From a virus (taxonomy: Duplodnaviria; Heunggongvirae; Uroviricota; Caudoviricetes), in IMG/VR virus record IMGVR_UViG_2684622670_000013, positions 1 to 19,209 of that record: a stretch of 19,209 bases of DNA; one strand, written 5' to 3'. The notes beneath the pieces were generated by a model. The model ran no database searches. It was given only the letters and a program-made list of their open reading frames with translations, and was not told the origin of the DNA. A program made the translations under genes and the position numbers. The first letter of the stretch is position 1; each line of letters begins with the position of its first letter. Shown piece after piece: positions 16,054 through 19,209 of the stretch.

Positions 16054-17250
16054 ATGAATCGTTCAGACGCGCCAAAAAAACAAACTAAACCATTTGGAAT
16101 CAATGGACAGAGGGGGGAGATTTTACCAACAACTCCGTCAGGTGATAATACAGCATCATATGACTTAGGATTTCCTCCAATAACCATGATCCTTAAATCT
16201 GCAGGGGGATTACCACCAAAAGGTCAAGATATGAATCAAATTCTGTTTGAACTATCTTCTCTATGTAGATGGTTTAGTGCAGGAGCAATAAACTCTTTTG
16301 ATAGTGATTTTGCTATCGGTATTAATGGTTATCCAAAATACGCTCTTATAGTTTCAGATGATGGCAGCGCTTTGTATTTGAACACTGTCGATGGAAATAC
16401 TAATAATCCAAACTCAGTAAGTGATGGATGGTTAAATCTTATATCATATTTAGGCATTGATGAAAAACAGGGTAAAAACCAGAACTTAACTGCGTTATCA
16501 TCTCTTTCTGGAATACCGGATGGATTGGCATTTTTTACAGGTGCCGGAACAATGGATATGACAGCGCTGACTCAAAATGGCAGGGAAATTTTAAGTAAAA
16601 AAAACGTATCGGAAACTCTACAATATTTAACACTTGGTGATGGAACAGGAAGGCTTTTGGGGGTTCAGGCATTTGGATCATCTGGGACTTATCACAAATC
16701 ACCTGGTGTAACGAAAATTATAGTGGAAGCCGTTGGTGGAGGTGGTGCCAGTGGTAATTTGTCGGCAACTGCATCTGGTAACTGTGGTGTAAGTGCTGCC
16801 GGTTCCAACGGGTCATATGCTAAAGCATTTTTTTATCAGTCTATACCTGAATCCGTGCAAGTAACTATTGGAAGCGGTGGTGTAGCAGGAACAGGACCAG
16901 GAGGCTCTGGAGGTGACGGTGGGAATACAAGCTTTGGTGATTTGCTTGTATGTCCGGGAGGAAGGGGATCAACTCAAGTTCAGCAGGTACCTCCATTTTC
17001 AGGGGGCAGTGCAACAGAAGCATCAATTCCTACAGGGCAAGGGATTCTGTTCCATTCAGTTTCACGATCAAATTTATGTGGGGCACTTGGACTTGGTGAT
17101 GATCAGGCGATTGGCATTGAAAGTATAACCACTACTATGCTTGGGACATACGGTATTGGCGGGACAGGTAAATACAATAAGGCGTCATCAGGTCCAGCGA
17201 CAGGAAATAATGGAAATCAGGGATATATTCTTGTGTGGGAGTATCAGTAA
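16054..17250 (+). CDS. Tail fibre protein with glycine-rich C-terminal domain
   Basis: 398 aa. Start is 2 nt after the upstream stop. C-terminal half is strongly Gly-rich (VEAVGGGGASGN...VTIGSGGVAGTGPGGSGGDGGNTSFG...GIGGTGKYNK). AT-rich compared with the upstream tail genes. Confidence 0.72.
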   Translation: MNRSDAPKKQTKPFGINGQRGEILPTTPSGDNTASYDLGFPPITMILKSAGGLPPKGQDMNQILFELSSLCRWFSAGAINSFDSDFAIGINGYPKYALIVSDDGSALYLNTVDGNTNNPNSVSDGWLNLISYLGIDEKQGKNQNLTALSSLSGIPDGLAFFTGAGTMDMTALTQNGREILSKKNVSETLQYLTLGDGTGRLLGVQAFGSSGTYHKSPGVTKIIVEAVGGGGASGNLSATASGNCGVSAAGSNGSYAKAFFYQSIPESVQVTIGSGGVAGTGPGGSGGDGGNTSFGDLLVCPGGRGSTQVQQVPPFSGGSATEASIPTGQGILFHSVSRSNLCGALGLGDDQAIGIESITTTMLGTYGIGGTGKYNKASSGPATGNNGNQGYILVWEYQ

Positions 17251-17456
17251 TGAGCGATATTTATGCAGTCGTACAAAATGGTGTCGTTACAAATCTTGTT
17301 GTATGGGATGGTAAGTCAGAGTTTAAGCAAGAAAAAGCGGATATAGTTAAATGTGTTGGAGATGTTGGTATTGGCTGGTTATATGATGGTAAAAAATTCA
17401 TCAAGCCCTCCTTAAAACCAGATGTAGTTACTCCTCAAGATGAGTTAGTCAGTTAA
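17250..17456 (+). CDS. Small protein downstream of tail fibre (68 aa), possible tail fibre assembly/chaperone fragment
   Basis: I prefer the ATG at 17250 (MSDIYAVVQNG...), which has a GGGAG ribosome-binding site and overlaps the fibre gene stop, over the ORF-track start at 17235. It is much shorter than typical tail fibre assembly proteins. Confidence 0.45.
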   Translation: MSDIYAVVQNGVVTNLVVWDGKSEFKQEKADIVKCVGDVGIGWLYDGKKFIKPSLKPDVVTPQDELVS

Positions 17457-17465
17457 TTGTTAGTA

Positions 17466-17499
17466 CGCTGGAGATTTTGATAATTTCCAGCGCATTTTT
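17466..17499 (+). terminator. Terminator-like hairpin (CGCTGGA...TCCAGCG) followed by CATTTTT
   Basis: 7 bp GC-containing stem extended by A-T pairs, then a T-run, 10 nt downstream of the last plus-strand tail gene. Confidence 0.5.
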
Positions 17500-17745
17500 C
17501 CTTCTGCAGTAATGGATGAAATACCGCGAGTATAATGTTTTTATGCATATGAACCGTTTAAACCAGAGGAGTCCTGACGAAATTGGTTATTGCGCCGAGA
17601 GTTGTCGGAGGGGGGTGATATAGGTTATCTAATGGAGTAATCATTTTAACATTAATCAGTTTCCCCATGACATCCTCTAAACCCTATATAAACGATTTCC
17701 TGCTACTGGCATTCAAACGAAATAATTTGAAAGCAATTTAAAGAT

Positions 17746-18021
17746 TTATTTGTCTAATGTTGGAAGCCGCGGCACGTCGTATGCAAGAACGTGCCGCGGT
17801 TGGCTGGTAAACTTTTCGATAGCACGAGTATTGAATGATTTCCAGCCGTTACCGATTTTACATGTTAATACTTCCACATCATTTAAACGGTTTGTAAGTT
17901 CCTGGTAGGTAATTCTCCCGTTAACATGCCTATGGCGCCGTTTGGTTTCAGGCTTATCTTTTTTTGCGTAATAAAAGGTGAGACAAAAATGAGACACACA
18001 ACGCTTTGTACTGGATTGCAA
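17746..18021 (-). CDS. Hypothetical small ORF downstream of integrase (91 aa), coding status doubtful
   Basis: Only ORF in the junction. Basic, Cys/His/Arg-rich composition; contains the 11 bp palindrome; no recognisable motif. Confidence 0.25.
   Translation of the reverse strand: MQSSTKRCVSHFCLTFYYAKKDKPETKRRHRHVNGRITYQELTNRLNDVEVLTCKIGNGWKSFNTRAIEKFTSQPRHVLAYDVPRLPTLDK
17767..17799. repeat. Perfect 11 bp inverted repeat CCGCGGCACGT-(11 nt)-ACGTGCCGCGG
   Basis: Read directly from the sequence. Lies in the tail-fibre/integrase junction, inside the 3' end of the weak minus-strand ORF 17746..18021. Confidence 0.6.
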
Positions 18022-18051
18022 GGCTTTGTGCCATTCGATAGTTAAGGTGGA

Positions 18052-19209
18052 TCACTCCACCTTTTCATCAAGCCAGTCCGCCCACCACTGCATCATTTCT
18101 CTGCGCTTATCGAGATACTGAGCATGGTTGTAAATTCCACGCACAGAACCGCCGTTGGCATGTGCCAGTTGCACTTCAATAGCATCAGCGGGCCATTCGT
18201 GCTCGTTCATAATCGTGCTGAATTCATGCCTGAATCCGTGACCGCTTTCCAGACCCTCATATCCGATTTGTTTGATCACAAGTAGCACTGCGTTCTCACA
18301 GATTGGCTTCTTCTTATCGTTGCGCCCGGCAAAAACAAACTCTGATACTGGTTTGGTGATTGAGATTAGCGTAGTGAGAAGTTCAACTACTTGGTCTGAC
18401 ATAGGAACCACATGAATTTTGCGTCCCTTCATCACACTGGCGTCAATGGTGATAATCCTGTTTTCAAAATCGACGTTCTTCCATAGCATGGAACGAAGCT
18501 CTTTCGTTCTTAGGGCTGTGTAGCGTAAAACTTTGGTCGCAATGAGCGATACGATACTTCCTGAAAATGTTGCCAGTGCTTTGTTGAATGCCGGGAGCTG
18601 GTCTGCAGGAAGAAACGGGAAGTTCTTCTTGCGGTATCCTTTCATGGCGTCTGCAAGGTCAGGTGCCGGGTTATATTTAGCCCTTCCGGTGACAATAGCG
18701 TAACGGAAAACCTCGCCGCATCTTCTGCGTGCTTTGTTGGCTCGCTCCATTGCACCGCGATCTTCAAACCTGCGGATTACTTCAAGAAGTTGCATCGGCT
18801 CAATATCCTGAATTTCAAGGCTGCCGATGATAGGTAAAATGTCGTCATCAAACATTTTTGCAAGTTCATTTGCATAGCCTACCGACCAAACTTGCTTCTT
18901 GTGCTCGTACCATTCCTTGTAAACTGCACTAAAGGAATTGTTGTTAGACGAAGCCTTTTTCGCCTTTACCGGATCTATGCCAACCGAGATGTCTTTCCTC
19001 GCAGTCCATGCTTTATCCCTTGCCTCCTGCAAAGTCATAAGCGGATATTTTCCGACAGTCAGGATTTTCTCCTTACCGTCAATCTTGTAGCGAAGCTGCC
19101 AGACCTTTTTTCCAGATACAGGGACATAAAGGTACAGACCATTACCATCAACAAGTCGGTATGGTTTCTCTTTCGGCTTTGCCGCTTCAATCTGTTTAAC
19201 GGTGAGCAT
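18052..19209 (-). CDS. int: Tyrosine site-specific integrase (P4-type)
   Basis: 385 aa. N-terminus MLTVKQIEAAKPKEKPYRLVDGNGLYLYVPVSGKKVWQLRYKIDG is the characteristic P4-family arm-binding region. The C-terminal catalytic domain has ...GHGFRHEFST... and ...AHANGGSVRGIYNHAQY (candidate catalytic Tyr). The start codon is the last three bases of the window (reverse complement of ...gagcat). Confidence 0.9.
   Translation of the reverse strand: MLTVKQIEAAKPKEKPYRLVDGNGLYLYVPVSGKKVWQLRYKIDGKEKILTVGKYPLMTLQEARDKAWTARKDISVGIDPVKAKKASSNNNSFSAVYKEWYEHKKQVWSVGYANELAKMFDDDILPIIGSLEIQDIEPMQLLEVIRRFEDRGAMERANKARRRCGEVFRYAIVTGRAKYNPAPDLADAMKGYRKKNFPFLPADQLPAFNKALATFSGSIVSLIATKVLRYTALRTKELRSMLWKNVDFENRIITIDASVMKGRKIHVVPMSDQVVELLTTLISITKPVSEFVFAGRNDKKKPICENAVLLVIKQIGYEGLESGHGFRHEFSTIMNEHEWPADAIEVQLAHANGGSVRGIYNHAQYLDKRREMMQWWADWLDEKVE

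Noticed and set aside
17457-18051. tRNA gene or obvious att core in the tail-fibre/integrase junction
   Set aside because: I could not find a tRNA-like T-arm or acceptor motif by eye. The att site may be beyond the integrase start, outside the window.
1-19209. CRISPR array, diversity-generating retroelement or retron near the tail fibre
   Set aside because: No regularly spaced direct repeats and no reverse transcriptase gene are visible. The glycine-rich fibre repeats are protein-coding, not a template/variable repeat pair as far as I can tell by eye.

Overview
This window looks like the late (tail) region of a temperate, Mu/SfV-type contractile-tail prophage, interrupted and flanked by mobile or accessory DNA. 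From left to right: (1) the 3' part of an IS66-family element, whose transposase ORF runs off the left edge of the window; (2) a plus-strand tail morphogenesis operon (virion morphogenesis protein, an inserted HNH-AP2 homing endonuclease, sheath, tube, a chaperone pair with a candidate -1 frameshift site, tape measure); (3) a ~3.2 kb accessory island inserted between the tape measure and baseplate genes, carrying a P22 immI-like module (Mnt-like and Arc-like ribbon-helix-helix repressors, a small ClpX-type zinc-finger protein, and an antirepressor gene that appears frameshifted) plus three uncharacterised small proteins, one with a signal peptide; (4) baseplate and tail-fiber genes; (5) a complete P4-type tyrosine integrase on the minus strand whose start codon is the last three bases of the window. 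I found no rRNA, tRNA or CRISPR array. All family assignments are from reading the translations and recalling motifs; no searches were run. The most likely place for something undescribed is the accessory island (7907-11145), especially the RHH-RHH-138 aa operon and the convergent secreted protein.
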